From: a virus
Lineage: Duplodnaviria > Caudoviricetes
DNA: 33,579 nucleotides
Direction: 5' to 3' (one strand)
IMG/VR virus record: IMGVR_UViG_3300037991_004283
Location: 1-33,579 of that record
The notes below the pieces were generated by a model. It was not told the origin of the DNA, made no database searches, and saw nothing but the letters and a program-made list of their open reading frames with translations. Both the position numbers and the translations under genes were made by a program. Shown piece after piece: positions 1-15,000 of the stretch. Numbering within the stretch: the stretch's first letter is position 1; each line of letters starts with the position of its first letter.

Positions 1-2
1 AC

Positions 3-11
3 TATTTATCA
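3..11 (-). promoter_or_regulatory. Putative phage late promoter TGATAAATA, pointing toward a gene beyond the left window edge
   Basis: The plus strand reads tatttatca at 3-11, just past the stop of the giant ORF. The identical 9-mer occurs at 21990-21998 and 30018-30026 and resembles the T4 gp55 late promoter TATAAATA. Confidence 0.6.
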
Positions 12-30
12 TCTTCGTTATACCCTGTTT

Positions 31-3000
31 TTATTCACGACCATGTAGGAATCGCATAATGCTGGAACTATCACTTACATTTGCATTTCCTAAGTCTGAT
101 AAACTAACTGCACCGTTGTCTAACCAAATATTTGATGTTATTGGGTAACTATCAAACTGTTCTGTTTTATTTGCATTTAAAACTTCTGTTCCTGTTGTCC
201 AATCCTGTGTAGATGTACCATTTGTACCTCTTGTTAGTCCTGATAATTTATTTGTATTAGTATTTCTTGCTGTATATTCTATTCTTTCTGTGCCTACCCA
301 AATAATACCAGGTATTCTGTTTAATGGTTTTGCTAATACACTGGCATTTGCTACACTTATTTCATCACTATATGTGTATAAGTTTGCACTTAATGTGGTT
401 GTAGTTGAGCCGTCTTGTTTAATTCTTATAAATTCTGTATCACCGTAAATATTATTTGTCATTTGATACTTAACAGTAGAAGCATTACTACTTGCGGCTG
501 TTAAACTGGTGTTGCCTTGTAAGTGTTTATGAGATGTAACCCTAAACACGATAGTTTCTAGAGGTTCTAACATAATAAGTTCTTGAGGTCTCTCTTCACC
601 GTACAATACTCGTTTAAATGTTACACCATCAAAGCCTTCATACACCGTTCCATCTCTTTCAAAACTTACTTCGTTTCCAGATATAGATGTATTAAACACA
701 CCTTGGTAATTTTTAACATCTACTTGTACATCTAATTTTTCTGTATTCCAACCTGTCCTGTTAAATCCTATTTGTGATTGGAATGTGTTTGTATCAACAC
801 CAAATGATCTAGTAAATAGGTTAGCATCAGTAACTTCGCCTTGGAAATCTCCACCTGCGGCAGTTTTAACAAGTGCTAAAGTTTTATCTAACTTACCAGC
901 ATTGACAACTGCTGTAATATTTGCTATACTACCTGCTACATCTGAACTGTTTATTACATTTGCATTACTTGTTGCATCTGTGATACTGTAATAGTCATTT
1001 AATTCTGCGGCAAATTCTGTTTGTATTGCAGGATTAAACTTAAATGCTCTTTCTGATGCACCTATCAGTGTGTTAGATTGTACCTGTGCATTAGATTGTA
1101 CAGTAAGTGTTACAATATTCCTTGCAATGGCACCGTTGGCCGTATCTGCTACTGGTATTACACTTATATTACTGCCTAATGACGTCCAGTTAGTACTACT
1201 AAATGCAGAAGCACCAGCAATATCAACATTTGCTTTATAATATGCACCATTGTTTACTACATATGAGTTACGTGGGTAGGTTGCGTTAGCCGTCCATGTA
1301 GCAACATTAACTGCAGGCTCGTAATCGTGTGGTAGTAAACTGTAATCTACTCTATCAAACTTGATAGTTGTATTACTATGCCTTATTGGATCTAAAGACT
1401 TGTTAGAAATACTAAAGTATTTTGTATATGCATCGTTTGTTTGTATAATATTCGAGTCTGCTTGTAAAAAGTCATCTAAAATCCTTACATTTCCTGTTGT
1501 AGGGTCTGCATATGGTGGCTTATCAAAGTCACTTACAGAATTTACTCCGAAATTCTCTTTTAGTGGTGATTTTCCGTCTTTATATTCTCTAACTTTTGCA
1601 GTATATGGTTTTACTTCGTCGAAATATTGTAAAACTTTATCAAAATTGTCAACTTTAAAGCCATTTATCTCAATTAAGTCTTCTTCTTCTTTTTCTACAA
1701 ATACATAACTTGTTTTAAATGCCCAATCTAGTTGTTTTTGCTCTGTATATGCGTATTTCATTAATGCAAAGAACAATTTGTTCCATAAATTTGTTCCTGC
1801 AAACACATTATCTTTTAATGCAACAAGTAAAAGTCTAATTTCGTTGCTCATTGTTGCATTTGTGTCATCTGTATAAATGCTTTCTTTTAATTTTATATTA
1901 TCATTTTGAATTGTAATTAATTCAAAAGAAGTTGTTGAAGCAATATACTTATGAAGTGAATAAAGTGTAGAATTAGGGCTCTTAACCTGTACAATAGTGT
2001 TATCAGGTATATTTTGTAGTGTGTCTAATTCTTGTACACTATTAACTTTGTAAATTGGCTTAAATGTTGCGTCATATCTAACTTTTTTGTTGTTAGATGC
2101 ATCAGTATATTGTACTCCGTACCAATTTACAGTATCAATATATGTTCTTGCTACTGGTAAATCGATATCCCAATTAGGATAGTTGGTATTCAGTTTTAAA
2201 TCTGCTAAAATTTCATTTAAAGTGTAATGTAATACTTGTCTAGCACCTTTTATGTCTTTAAACATGCTTTGTCTTGGTCTAAACTTAATACCATATGCTT
2301 CTACTTCACTTAAAAGTGGATCTGGCACTGATTGACCAAGTGCATCTACACCTGCTAAACTGTCTATCAGTTTATTTGCTAAATCTTCTGGAATAATACT
2401 GTTATTATCATCTTCTCTAAGCAGTTTCCATGCTGTATGCTTTTGTCCTACAGGATTTAAATTTCTACTGAAGTTAATTTGTAAATTTTGCTCATCTTCT
2501 CTAAGCAGTGGTGCTATATTACTTAATACCATTGCTTTATCACTAACAAAACTAATAAGTGGTAGTCCTGTGCCTATAGGATCAGCCAAATATTTTGCTA
2601 AAGTAAATGTATCATACTCTCTACCAAGATCTTCTATAGCAACATTTTCTAAAGTTGTTTTATTTTGTACCCAGAAATAATAGTAATTCGTATATCTGCC
2701 ATTTACAGGATTTATCCTTCTTTCTAAAACAAACTCTGAATTATTTTTAGGAGTACCTGTACCTGTATAATTTACTGGTGGTGAAGTGTCTTCAACCCAT
2801 TCATATAAAGTGATACCACTACCTGGGAATGTTTGGCCCCAATTTAACCATCTTTCTCTGTTTGAATCTGTTTGTTCATACCATTTGTATGCAATAGTGC
2901 TAGTGTTCCACCATATTTTACCAATATCTTTTCTTCCAAAGCCACTTCTAGCATTGTTGTACACTACAGGATCGCTATCGCCTGTAAAATGTATCTCTTT

Positions 3001-6000
3001 TTGTATAAATCCTGGTATTACACCTTTAAATGGATCATAAAAATGTAAATCGTATTCTTTTTCGCCTGTTTCTTTGTCGTAAATAATAGCATTTTCTACA
3101 AAAGTAGTATCAACCAGTTTAGGTTGTGATATTTTTTGCTCTCCATTTTCAAAATATGCCCAACCTGTGTTGTTATAGTTGTCAATCCACACATTACTGT
3201 AATCGGCAAGTGTTAAACCTGTTTCTGTATCGTATCTATTACTTTCCAGGAACAATACCTGAACCTCTTGTTGTAGTGAAGTTGTATTTACAGGCTCTCC
3301 TGATATTGTTCTCAGTTCATATTGGAACATATCAGTTGTAAATACAACATTTGCATCACCTAAAATACTATTAGGATCTTGACCGTTGCCACCAATAGAA
3401 CCATCTCTCCAACCAGGTCCTATTGTATCGATACAATTTATTGAAATTGTAGGAGAATCTGGTAATGTAGCAAGTGCAAATCTGTCATCATCTAATAAAT
3501 TTGTTCCTACTTCAACTTTGTTTGCTCTTCTAACTGGTGTATTAGGTGTCTCCAATACAGCATCTATACATAAACTGTCAATATTGTAGTCTCCAGGTGG
3601 AATACCCAATTTTTCTAGGAATCCAGGAGTAAGTTCGTCAATACCTACGCCGTCATATCCTGGTGTTCTTATTTTAAGTAAGTCAATTAGGTCATTTACA
3701 TTTCCTGTATCTAAATGAATCTTGTCTGGGTCATAACCTGCATCAAATAATGCTGTATTAATACATGCGGCCATATCGTCTGGTATGCTAATATCCATAA
3801 CCTGATCTGGCATACCTAATTGTCTTCTAGCATCGCCTTTTTCTGAACAATCCGGAATCTCTCTTGCTGTTAGGAATACCCTTGCACCTGTTCCTCCTGC
3901 AACTGTACCATTTATAGGATCGTATGCACCAGGTGAGTCTAATCTTTCATTATCGTTAAGTGGATCAAATTGTCCTAAACCAGTACCCTGGAAGTATTGT
4001 CCGTTGCCATCTACACCTGTTTCGTCTCCAAGTCCTATAGCATCATACTCTAATGGTACACCCATTGATAAGTCTGCAGGGAACTGTTTGTAAATTCCTC
4101 TGTCTATAATTTGTAAACTTGTAATTGTGCCTTCTGCGTTTACACTTGATACAATAAATTTAGCAACTCTTGGTGGCAATCCTTTTCCTGTACCAATTTT
4201 TGCTGTAACCATTGCTGGTACAGTATTGTATGTGACTGATTCGGCTAAGTCTATAATTTTAATTTTAGGTGGTCTGCTGAAGTCATATCCTTCACCACCT
4301 GATACTATCTCAATACTTGCTATACCACCATCAGCATTCAGTGTTACATTACCTGCAACTGCTCCTGAACCTGGTGTTGTGCCATCTCCAATATAAACTT
4401 TAACATTAGCACCTTCACTGTAATTCATACCTGGCATATCAATACAGAACTCTGTAATACCACCATATGGATTTTCTATTGGTAGTCCGCCAACTATTCT
4501 TAATCTGTCTCCAACACTATAACCACTACCACCTGAGGATTTACTTTTACTGGAAAGTATTGCACCTGTTGTTGTGCTAGGTGTACCACCTGACCCACTA
4601 AATGTGCCTGTGCTAGTTCCTGCGGCATTATACATTGTATAAGTTGCACTAGGATTTACTGCTGTATTGGCATAACCGTAACCTGTTGTTGCTGGTAATA
4701 CAACTGTATTACTTGTTTCTGATTGTTCAAATCCTCTTACAACATGAAAGTCTAATACTTCTTTATATATTCCACCTGCACAACCATCTCTTATAGTTAG
4801 AGGTGCATTACTACAACTACTAACTCTTAATGCTGGTTTACCATCTTTAAATGTATCATGTACATGGAATCCACTGCCTTGAGTACATCTTAAAGCAGTT
4901 TCAACTTGTTTAGGATCACTTCCAGGGAATGTAATTTTAGTATTGTTAATAATTAATTCATCACCTGGTGTTATACCTGTCATGTCGTCTTTTGCTATTG
5001 TAAATCCAGGTGTTGGTCTAGAAATATCACAATATGCTGTAGGACCTGCAGGTATAAAATTTCCTAATTCGTCTTTTATTTTTGGTGTAATTCCTATTAC
5101 AGGCCTATCACTAAATGTTACATTTCCTTCATATGGTGAATCATCTTTAGGAAGTTCATATCCTGGTCCTAAAGGCATTGTAGTTCTATTTGGATTAGGT
5201 AATACTGTTGGTATTTGTCCAGGATAGTTAAGTAAAACATCCATTCCTGAAATACCATCTTGTATATTAAAGTCGTCTAATACATTTCCTATTAATGTAC
5301 CATCTTGCAATCTGATATCTGAACCTATTTTACCAGGTGTGTATGTAAAGAAGTTATCTCCTTTTTTATAAAAATTATCGCCTGTAAATGTTAGTTCGTT
5401 CCAGAACGGATAGTTATCTAAATCTAATGCTCTAAGTTTTCCTGGCTTACTAGGTGCTACATTCCTTAATGGCTGTGCTAAAGGCACAACCTGTCCGCCT
5501 GTAACACGTTGTACAGTATTGTTTACAAATTGTGTTCCTGTAAGTGGCTGATACTTACCATATGGATTGCTTACAGTTGTTTTAACTGTTTTCTTAAATA
5601 TGTCTGGTATCATACTGAAGCCTGCCATAGGTGCCAGTCCCATTCCACCATAGTTATGCATTACATGATATGCCTGAGCTCCATTATTTCTGTTAGATCC
5701 ACCACCTGCTTTAAGTTGATTATGATACATGTAGTATCCTTGAGCACCATAATTTTGATAATAACCAGCACCACCACCGCCAACGGCACCACCGCTGTAT
5801 CCTACACCACCAGCACCATGATTAGGTACTTTTTTCTTTTTAGTTGTTGTAGGCTGTCCACCTGGTGAGTAAACTGGTGTTTGTGTTCCTGTACTAGGTG
5901 TAGGCGCACCAGGATTATAAACTGATAATGCACACGGTTGACCTGGATTAGGATTCTGTTGCGGATCAGGTTTCTTAACAGGATTATTTGGCAGTTTCAT

Positions 6001-9000
6001 TACAAACCTATAAACAATACTAGGCTTATCTACTACAACTTTTAAATATGTACCATTTGCAATATCAACACCAAATTTATAACTACCACCATATTTTATT
6101 TTGTCTCCTGAGAAAACAAAGTTTCTAACTTGTCCGTGTACTGTATTTCCTCCACCATTTTTAGAAAGTATTTCATTCTTTTCATTTGGCGTTAGTAAGT
6201 GAGGTGTACCTAAACTCTGATTTTTTGTACTTGCAAGTAATTTATTTTCTCCGCCTTTACTTACACCTTGGAAAATTTCTATACCATCAGCACCACTATA
6301 CATATCAAACAACACTTCAACTTGTCCTGAACTGCTTAGTGTAAAGTAGTGATTATCTGTTTGTCTGGATTGCCTGTTATGTTGCTCATGATATGAAACA
6401 GTTGCATTTCCTTGTGTATGGTTTGTTTGAGATTGGTTAGCATAACCTCCAGTTGTACTTGTTGCTGGTAAGGTTGTTTTAGCACAACTCTCTAATCCTG
6501 TTCTACTTGCGGAAATATGCATTCCTAAACCATGCCAATGGTTACCACCACCTTTACATGTTCCTGAGAATGTAACTGTTTGCCCTGCTGTTACTGTAAA
6601 TTCGGCAACACCTGCTCTTGCACTAAAATTAAAACTCTTACCACTATGTACTGAATTTTGTCTACCGTTTCCTGATGCGGCGCCTGAAATATTTACATAA
6701 GTTCTGTCGTTGTATCCTGATCGTCCTGCATTAAATACATGAGCATAAAATGTTCCTGCTTCTTTAAATTTAATCTGCATGGTAAAGTTTTTAGTACTTC
6801 CGTTATCACTCCATGTAACAATACCTGCTAATGCTCTGCCACTTAATCCTGCTTTCTGTCCGCCAACTTGAGATATAAATCCTGCATGTGAACCATTCAT
6901 TGAATAGTAACCTGACCATTCACTAGTCCATCTTCGCTTACCATGACTTGTTGCTGATACAATTTTTACACCTGGGCTATCATTATCAGGGTTTAATAAA
7001 GTTCCGCCATAGCATATTGTTGTTTGTTGTGGTGGTTGTGTACCACTACTTACAGGAGGTGTAGGTGGTTGATGTATAGGACTACACATATCCACACAAG
7101 GTTTTTTACTGATATTAGCAAATGCTTTCCTTGGGTCTATAATTGGTTTTGCACCACTTTGTGTACCTGAACCAGGCACCGAAGTACCATTTTGATCAGG
7201 CATATTGTAAAGTGGAATATTTAAAGGATCTGTGTAACTATTATAGTCATTGGTATTTCCTAAATGTACAGGATTTCCTGGACCTACATTTAGTGTTGTT
7301 GCTGGATCTTGTCCTCCATATTCTCCTGTATCAAAAATAGGTTGGTTTGAATCATTAACAAAACCTTTCTTGTTTGTATTATAAGTTAATGTACCTGCTC
7401 TTGACATGTTTTGTGTTAATGCAGTATTGTCTATATCATCAGCATTAACTAGTGGTGAGTAACCAGCAATTTGTCTGTAATCACCCAGTATAGGTAAAAG
7501 TTTGTCATTATTATTACCACTAATCATTGGGAACGATATTTGTGTATGGTCGTTGTCTATAGCACCACGTCTGAGAGTCATTGCATTGTTAATGCTGTCA
7601 ACTACATCTGCTTCTGATTTAATATCATTTAGTACTATATCTGTATTGTTTAATTTAATCTTATTGTGGTCAATGGTAGTGACTATTGCAGGTTTACCTA
7701 TATTTAAATTGTTTGAATCAAAAGATGTATTAGATGTAAAGTCACTTGCGGCAACGTACATCACATCATTTCGCTTAATTCTTTGCCCTTTTGTAAATGC
7801 AGTACTTCCTGTCCAATTTGTAAATTGTACATTGGCCACATCTGCAAAACTATATGCATCTCCTATTGTGATTGTATTTGAAGTACCTGATGTGACACCT
7901 GATACGGTATATACTCTATTGTAGTAATCTGGATCTGCCATATGGACGGCAATACGTTTGCCTACATAGGTTGGATCTATACCATGAGCCTTATCAGTTG
8001 TAATAACCATGCCTGGTTTTATAATGCTACCTGATTTACTTACGTTTACATTATATGGTGCGTCAATAACAAAACTGTTTTCATCTGCACTCTCTACATA
8101 GTAATAACCACTGTAAGCATTTGCAATTAGTTTTACTATATCTCCTGTTGCTAAATTATGATCAACTGTGTCTGCAGTAATTCTTGTTCTTCCAAAATAC
8201 CTAACACTTAAAACTGATGGTGCAATATTGGCTGTAACGTTTGCATCGTAAACTGTAAAGCCTGAACTTGTAACATTTGATATTGTATAATCTTGAGTAT
8301 GTAAATTACTGTGATTATTATATTTAAATCCTGTAATTGCTAATGCTGACAAGTCAACAACTTCTACATTTCCTGTTTCAACTAATGGGAAATCGTCACC
8401 AAATATAGTTATAAAATGCTCTTGTACGTCCTGAATTGTAAATGTTTGTCCACTATAAGTTGCATTACTACTAACTAATTCTATTGTTCTACCTGATTTA
8501 ACTATGTTTGCACCACTTTGGTGAATATTTGCAACATTTAATTTTATTAAATTGTTATCTACAAAAGTAGCAGATATAGATTGCCCTGTTCCTGACAAAT
8601 AATTATTTGGAACAATAATGTTACCTTCATTTATATATGTTATTCCTGTAGTTGCAGAAACTATACCGTTGCCTGATAATGATCCTGAAACATTTGCTGT
8701 AAATATGTCTCCTACAGCAGGTGTACCTGTTGCCCCTATAGTATTAAAATTAGTAGTACCAACGTTTACAATCATATATTCTGTACCACTTACAGTAGTG
8801 GTTGTGTTTGCATACTGAGCCGCTTCAACATCTGCTATAGGAATTATTGCGGCATTACCAGTTGTATAACTTACATTTGCTAAAGTTGTATTAGCATTTG
8901 CTGAGAAAGTTAAAACATTTGAACTTGTACTTAATGTTGCTTCAGCGTCTACTGTTACATGTTCTTCACTTGTGGTGTTAAAAGTAAATTGTGAAGGTTG

Positions 9001-12000
9001 ACCTTCTGCAAATCCTACTGTATCTCCATTTACTAAATTATAAACACTTGTACTAATTTGTATTGTACCTGCACTTGCAGTAACGTTTGCCGTTGCAACT
9101 GAACTATCTGTTATACTAGGTGTAATATTGCTAATAGTCATTACATTAGCAGGACCAATGCTAGTAATATTTGCAGTAGTCATATTTTTACCTGCAAAGT
9201 TAGATATTTTTACACCTTTTCTGTCTACTACTTCCTGGTTAGTCCATATTACAAATTCGTCACTTATGTCTGCATTTTTAATTACCAAATGATAATCTAA
9301 GTATCTACTATTGTCTGTTCCGCCTATTGCATTGTCATCTACGTAAGAGAACAAGTCCACATCGTTCATGTACAAGTATGCTGTTTCTGTTGCGTTGTCT
9401 TGCTCAACAAAACTTAATGTTGAGTTAGCATCTTTAAGTTGATAAACATTCCAATCCTGATTTTCTGCTTTTGCTAAATGAATTGTGTCATTTGCTTCTG
9501 GTTTAAATTTAATATTTGATGCAAATAATTGTGGCACACTAGGTACATTAAATGCACTAAAGTTTACGTTATTAGTATTAACATATCCTGCGTTTGGTAA
9601 CGGATTAAATTTGCTATCTGTTATACCTATTGCACTTACATTAGATGTTGTTTTCCATAATTCATCAGTTTTTAATCCTGTTGGCTTTTTAAGGAACCTG
9701 TTTTTATCATCTATATCAATAAGTATAATTTCATCATCACTAGCATCAGGAGTAATTTCATAATTTCTCACTGGTGTTACTATTGCAGTGATATCGTCAT
9801 TTGTAGTTGCTTTAATATTTAATGACGCACCTGGTACATCACCCATAAATGCATCTACAAAATCAATTGTTGAATGCTCAATAATGTAAACATTTGAACT
9901 TGTTGTAATTGCTTTTTTAGGTAATAATTCTACATTTGCAAAAGTAATAGTATTTCCTGTTACAGTATAGTAAATTATATCGCCTTCATTTTCTATTAAT
10001 GTGCCGTCTATGAAAACGTCTATAAATGCATAATCGTTATTATCTATTGTTGTGTAATTTATTTGATCAAAACTTGTACTACCATTTATAAGGTTAGTTA
10101 CTATACCTGTACTAGTATCTGCTAATCCTACAGTTGCATTACCAAATGTTACACTACCTGTTGTAGTATCTGCAAGAGGTTGTATTTGCCATCTGTCTCC
10201 AGCATCGTAATCATAATTACTACTTACTACTGTACTATTTGCAACTGATACTGTAATATTTGCTTTTACTGTATTATTTGCTGTTGTTAATTTATATCTT
10301 TGTCTTGGTTGGTACCTTTTTGTCTGACCTAACTGTAATTTACCTAATGTTACGTTGCTGTCATCATCACTAAGGGTAAAATCATCACCTGTAATTTTTA
10401 AGTATGTAAAATATCCAACATTTGCTGTATTACTACTAACGTTGCTTACTGCAATATTAGTAATTACACTTGCTGTAATATTAGAGTTCATATCTGCATT
10501 TGTATTAATAAGTGTGGCAACATTGGCAAGATCTGTAATACTACCTAAATTATATGTTGCCGCATCAGTACCTGCACTATAATTTCCAAAATGGTCTGTA
10601 ACAGTCAAATTTCCTAGTCCTGAAATGTTTGCAACATTACTGCTTACAAGCAAACTAGAATTAGAGCCACTATACTCTTTTAATGTAACATAATTTGTTG
10701 ATAATGCATCTACCCTTACAAATGTCTGTGTTGTATCATTTGTTGAAATATTTGCTGTTTCAATTGTTAAACCTGTACCTGCTACATATCCTGTTCCAGC
10801 ATTTGTTACTGCTATAGAACTAATTTCACCGTTAGTATTTAGACTTGGTTGAACTGTGGCAACATTACTTCCTGTTGTAGGATTGTTTATTGTAATAGTT
10901 GGTACATCAAAATATTTGTGTTTTGCATCAACAATTCTAACACTTGATACGGTGCCTGTAGTATCTTGTGGGAATGCAAGTGTAATTAACTGTGGGTCTT
11001 GTACAACATTTGCACGAGCAATATTTAATTCTATACTCTGATCATTTGCAACATCACCAAAGTCTCCAACTTTAATACACCATTCGTCATAAACGTTCAT
11101 GTCTCCCTGGACAATTTTACTACTTCTTGCAATTCTGCTTAAACTTGAACCTGTACCTTTATTTTGAATCATACCTTTGTAGAATTCAAACTGATTGTCA
11201 TCTGTAATATCTAATTCGTTTAAGTATGATCTTTCTTCATAACCATAAATTCTTCTACTTGCTTCATATACATCTCGCTCAACTGGCACATATCCTATTT
11301 CACTGTATCTACCCATTGTTTGTGCAAGATTATCCAAGTTAGGAATTAACTCGTCTCCACTTACTATAAATCCTTGTGTACTTAATTTACCGTCCCAATT
11401 TACAGTTCTTGTTGCTTTTAATTTTATTCTGTTTTGTCTCTGATTTATTACAGGATCAAAAATTGTGTCTGCAAAGTCAGTTACATTATCTATGACCATT
11501 GCATGTTCTATTTCTTTACTGTATAAAACTATACCATAAATTTCAACTCCTGTAGGAGGTATTATTTCAATACTGGTATCTTCTCTTAGTATATCACACT
11601 CTGTAGGCTCTATTGCTTTACCTGTCTGATCTACTATTGAGAACATGTTCCTTTCTGATCTAGAAACTTTTGCAACAAATCCACTTGGTGGAGTAAATTT
11701 AAGACTGTTTGCTAAAGGCGATAGTTCAATAGTGTTACCTACTTGCCAACTTCCTGTAGTCCAGAATAAGTATTGTTTTGCCGCAAATAACCAGTCTCTG
11801 GTATCATTAATACTTACGTCATAATTTGTTAAATCATATCCTGCTCTTGCTTGGAATCTTCCTAATGCTATTAGGAAGTTAAATAAACTTTGTGCGTCAG
11901 TGTACTCTGTTTCATAATAAACACGTTCAACAATATCTGTAGATTGTTTATAGTATGTTGCAGTTGCACTATTTTCTTGTGGCAATGAACCAATAGACTG

Positions 12001-15000
12001 CCAAAACAACACGTTGAATGTCGCACTACTTGGTACATCGTCAGTTGCTCTATAGTATCCGCCATTGTGTATTACATATGAGTTTACTGAATAAGATACA
12101 TTTGATTGCCATGTGCTGTGACTTACTGTATCACCACCAACGTTTACACTCTCTGTTGTACCAGTTAAATCTAGTTGTAGTGTTTCAAAATAACCTAGTT
12201 TTTTGTCATATCCTCTAACTTTCCAACCGTCTGTGGTTTTTTCTACTATAACACCACTATAATAGTTTCGTGTTTTGTATGCAGAGTCGTGTATATCAAC
12301 AGTTATGTTTTCATCTGGTAATATTAAGTTTGTAGATGAACCTGTTGAACTATACTGATCTAAAGTCAGTCTCATTGTGTCTTTATCTACAAATCCTGCA
12401 AACCTATGTCCTAATTTTAAGTTTAGTGTTCTAAGTTTTTCTGCAAAATTTTCTGATGTATTAAGTCCCTGATAATTGAGCCAGGAATATATAAATTGTG
12501 TATAACCTATGTTTGCAATTAAATCACCATTAGAGTCTTTATCTCCATGTATTTTAAAGTCTGTTGAATCTGTAAACTTCCATCTTTTTCTGGTCTCTGT
12601 GCTTATATAACTTCTTGCATCTGCAGATGGTTTTGTAATTTTAGTTGGATCTGAATATACTGTTGCAAATATACCAGGTTTTGCAATCAGTAATGCTTCT
12701 ACAACTGCAAATGGATATTCTTCAGAATATTTCCAGGCATTTTCAACTGGTGCACCATCACCTATTCTCCATGGTTCACTAATGTTGTTAGTTGTTGATT
12801 GTACTTCACTAAACTCACTTGTTATTGCATCTGTGGCCGTAGCGTCAAAGTTTGCAGTATTATTATGACTGTTTAAACTTGGAACATTATAATATTTGTT
12901 TCCGTAAATTGTATTTGCACCACCATGGTTTTTTGTTCCTCCACCTATGTGATATGGGAACATAGGATTTCCGTTATCATCTTGTGTGCATACATAAAAT
13001 TTAATTGCTGTACTAGGTGAATCAGGAGTTTTACCATATCTTAAATTATATTTTCCTATACTTGCAGAGCCACCTACATATCCGTCAGTGCCTTCTAATG
13101 CAGAATTGTATGTAAAGTCTTCAGCAAACTCTCCTGTATGAGCACCACCAGGTCCACTGCCTCTGGTACCGCTTCTTAATTCAAATACACTTTTTATATT
13201 TGTAATTGTGTTTGTTTTTATTTCACCATTTGCATGATATGATGTGTATCCATATGGACCATAAATTGGTATTCCATCAAATGACCATCCAACTATACCT
13301 GAGTGTGTAGTTGCATTACCCCATACTGATGAACCAACTATATCTGCATTTAATGTATGATAATACTGTACACCATTTTCATCTACATTTCCTAATGCAA
13401 ATGGGCTAGTTTCGGATTCTACTCTGTTAAAGTGGTATGTTGATACAGTACCATCAGATGCTGTCCAAGAATTTACATCTTGTACATTATAAATTGGTTG
13501 TCCATTATTTGCTACACCTACTGCAGGGCGACTCATTGCATTATCAGATAAACTGATTGTATTTAAATTTCTTCTAGGTACAATGTAAGTTAGTGTTTGT
13601 GCATTGGCATTTATATAACTAGCACTAGAGTCTGTTATTGTTATACTATGGCTTACTATATTATTACTTTCCAAGTAAACATTTGAGCCATCAAATTTTA
13701 CATTTACACCATCTAAACTTCTAAAACTTGTAGTCACATATCCTAAACTTGTATTTGGTGTGGCATTTGTCCAAGTAGGTGTAAGTGTTGTACTTCCTGT
13801 TGTTGCAATATCATAAGGTGATTTTAATGTAGCATCTGCAGTTACAGGTAAAATATCTAATAATCCTATTCTTCTGTAAGGATTAAATTCTGTATTTTTA
13901 TAAAGATCATTTGTTAAATTTTGTCTTGCACCACTTACAATTTTACCTTGCTCTATATCTGTCCACATTGGAATATTATCACTTCCATAATCTGTATATG
14001 TTGCAGTAATATATGTGGTATCCCACCAAGTAGGCTTTTCTGTAAATCCTAACATCTCCCAAGGATGTGTGTTTGGTCTTACAGTATCATAATAGTATTC
14101 AAACCAGCCTCTCCAATGTCCTGGTATATCGCTTACACCACGATAGTTCCATGTGAACTCATTTGTTAAATCATAAAAGTCATTTGCTATAGGGTCAACT
14201 GCATTCTCTTTAATCCAGTTTTGGAAATTTAAATTAAGTAAATTGTGCCAATCACTTAGATCATAATCTGTACTTCTAAAGTAACCAGGCCTAATATCTA
14301 TAGCACTATAATTTCCAACACTATTGGCATTTCTAAATTCTGCTTTTGCTGAATTATACAATCTGTTTTCAAATTCTAATATAATATCGTCCCTTCTATC
14401 TCCTAGTAAAGTAGTTCTTGAACCATCATGTCCTAGTATAAGAGTTTGATCTGTTTGGAATGTGCTATCAACTTCTTTTGCAGGTTGATATAATGGGTAC
14501 AGTCCCATAGCACTAGGTGTAGGTGGACACTGAGCACTATCTCTTTCTGAATCATAAAATTTAAATGTTAAAACATCACCTGTGTTAAAATCTGCACTAT
14601 TTAATAAACTTATAGTAATAGGATTGTAAGAGGAATATGTGTAATCTTTATCAACACACAGTAAAGTTCTCTCTGTACCTCTATCTTTATAAATTAGTAA
14701 ACTGTTTTCTACTTTGTCTAAATCGTAATATGCTGTAGGTGTGTAATCTACTACAGAAGTATCTGTTATTGTGATACTTTCTTCATAATAGTTGTCACCA
14801 AACGGCAGTAAGTAAGACTGATTAAATACCTTTCTTCCTACACTAAATGAAATTACATTTCTTAAAACTTTTTCTAAAATAAATTCATTTGTTAAATTTT
14901 CTACATCAAACTGATTGAAATAATTCTCTAGTTCTCTTAAAAATCTTTTCTTGTATTTTGAATATTCTTCTTTATTAAACCTAAGTGAGTCAACAAGGTT

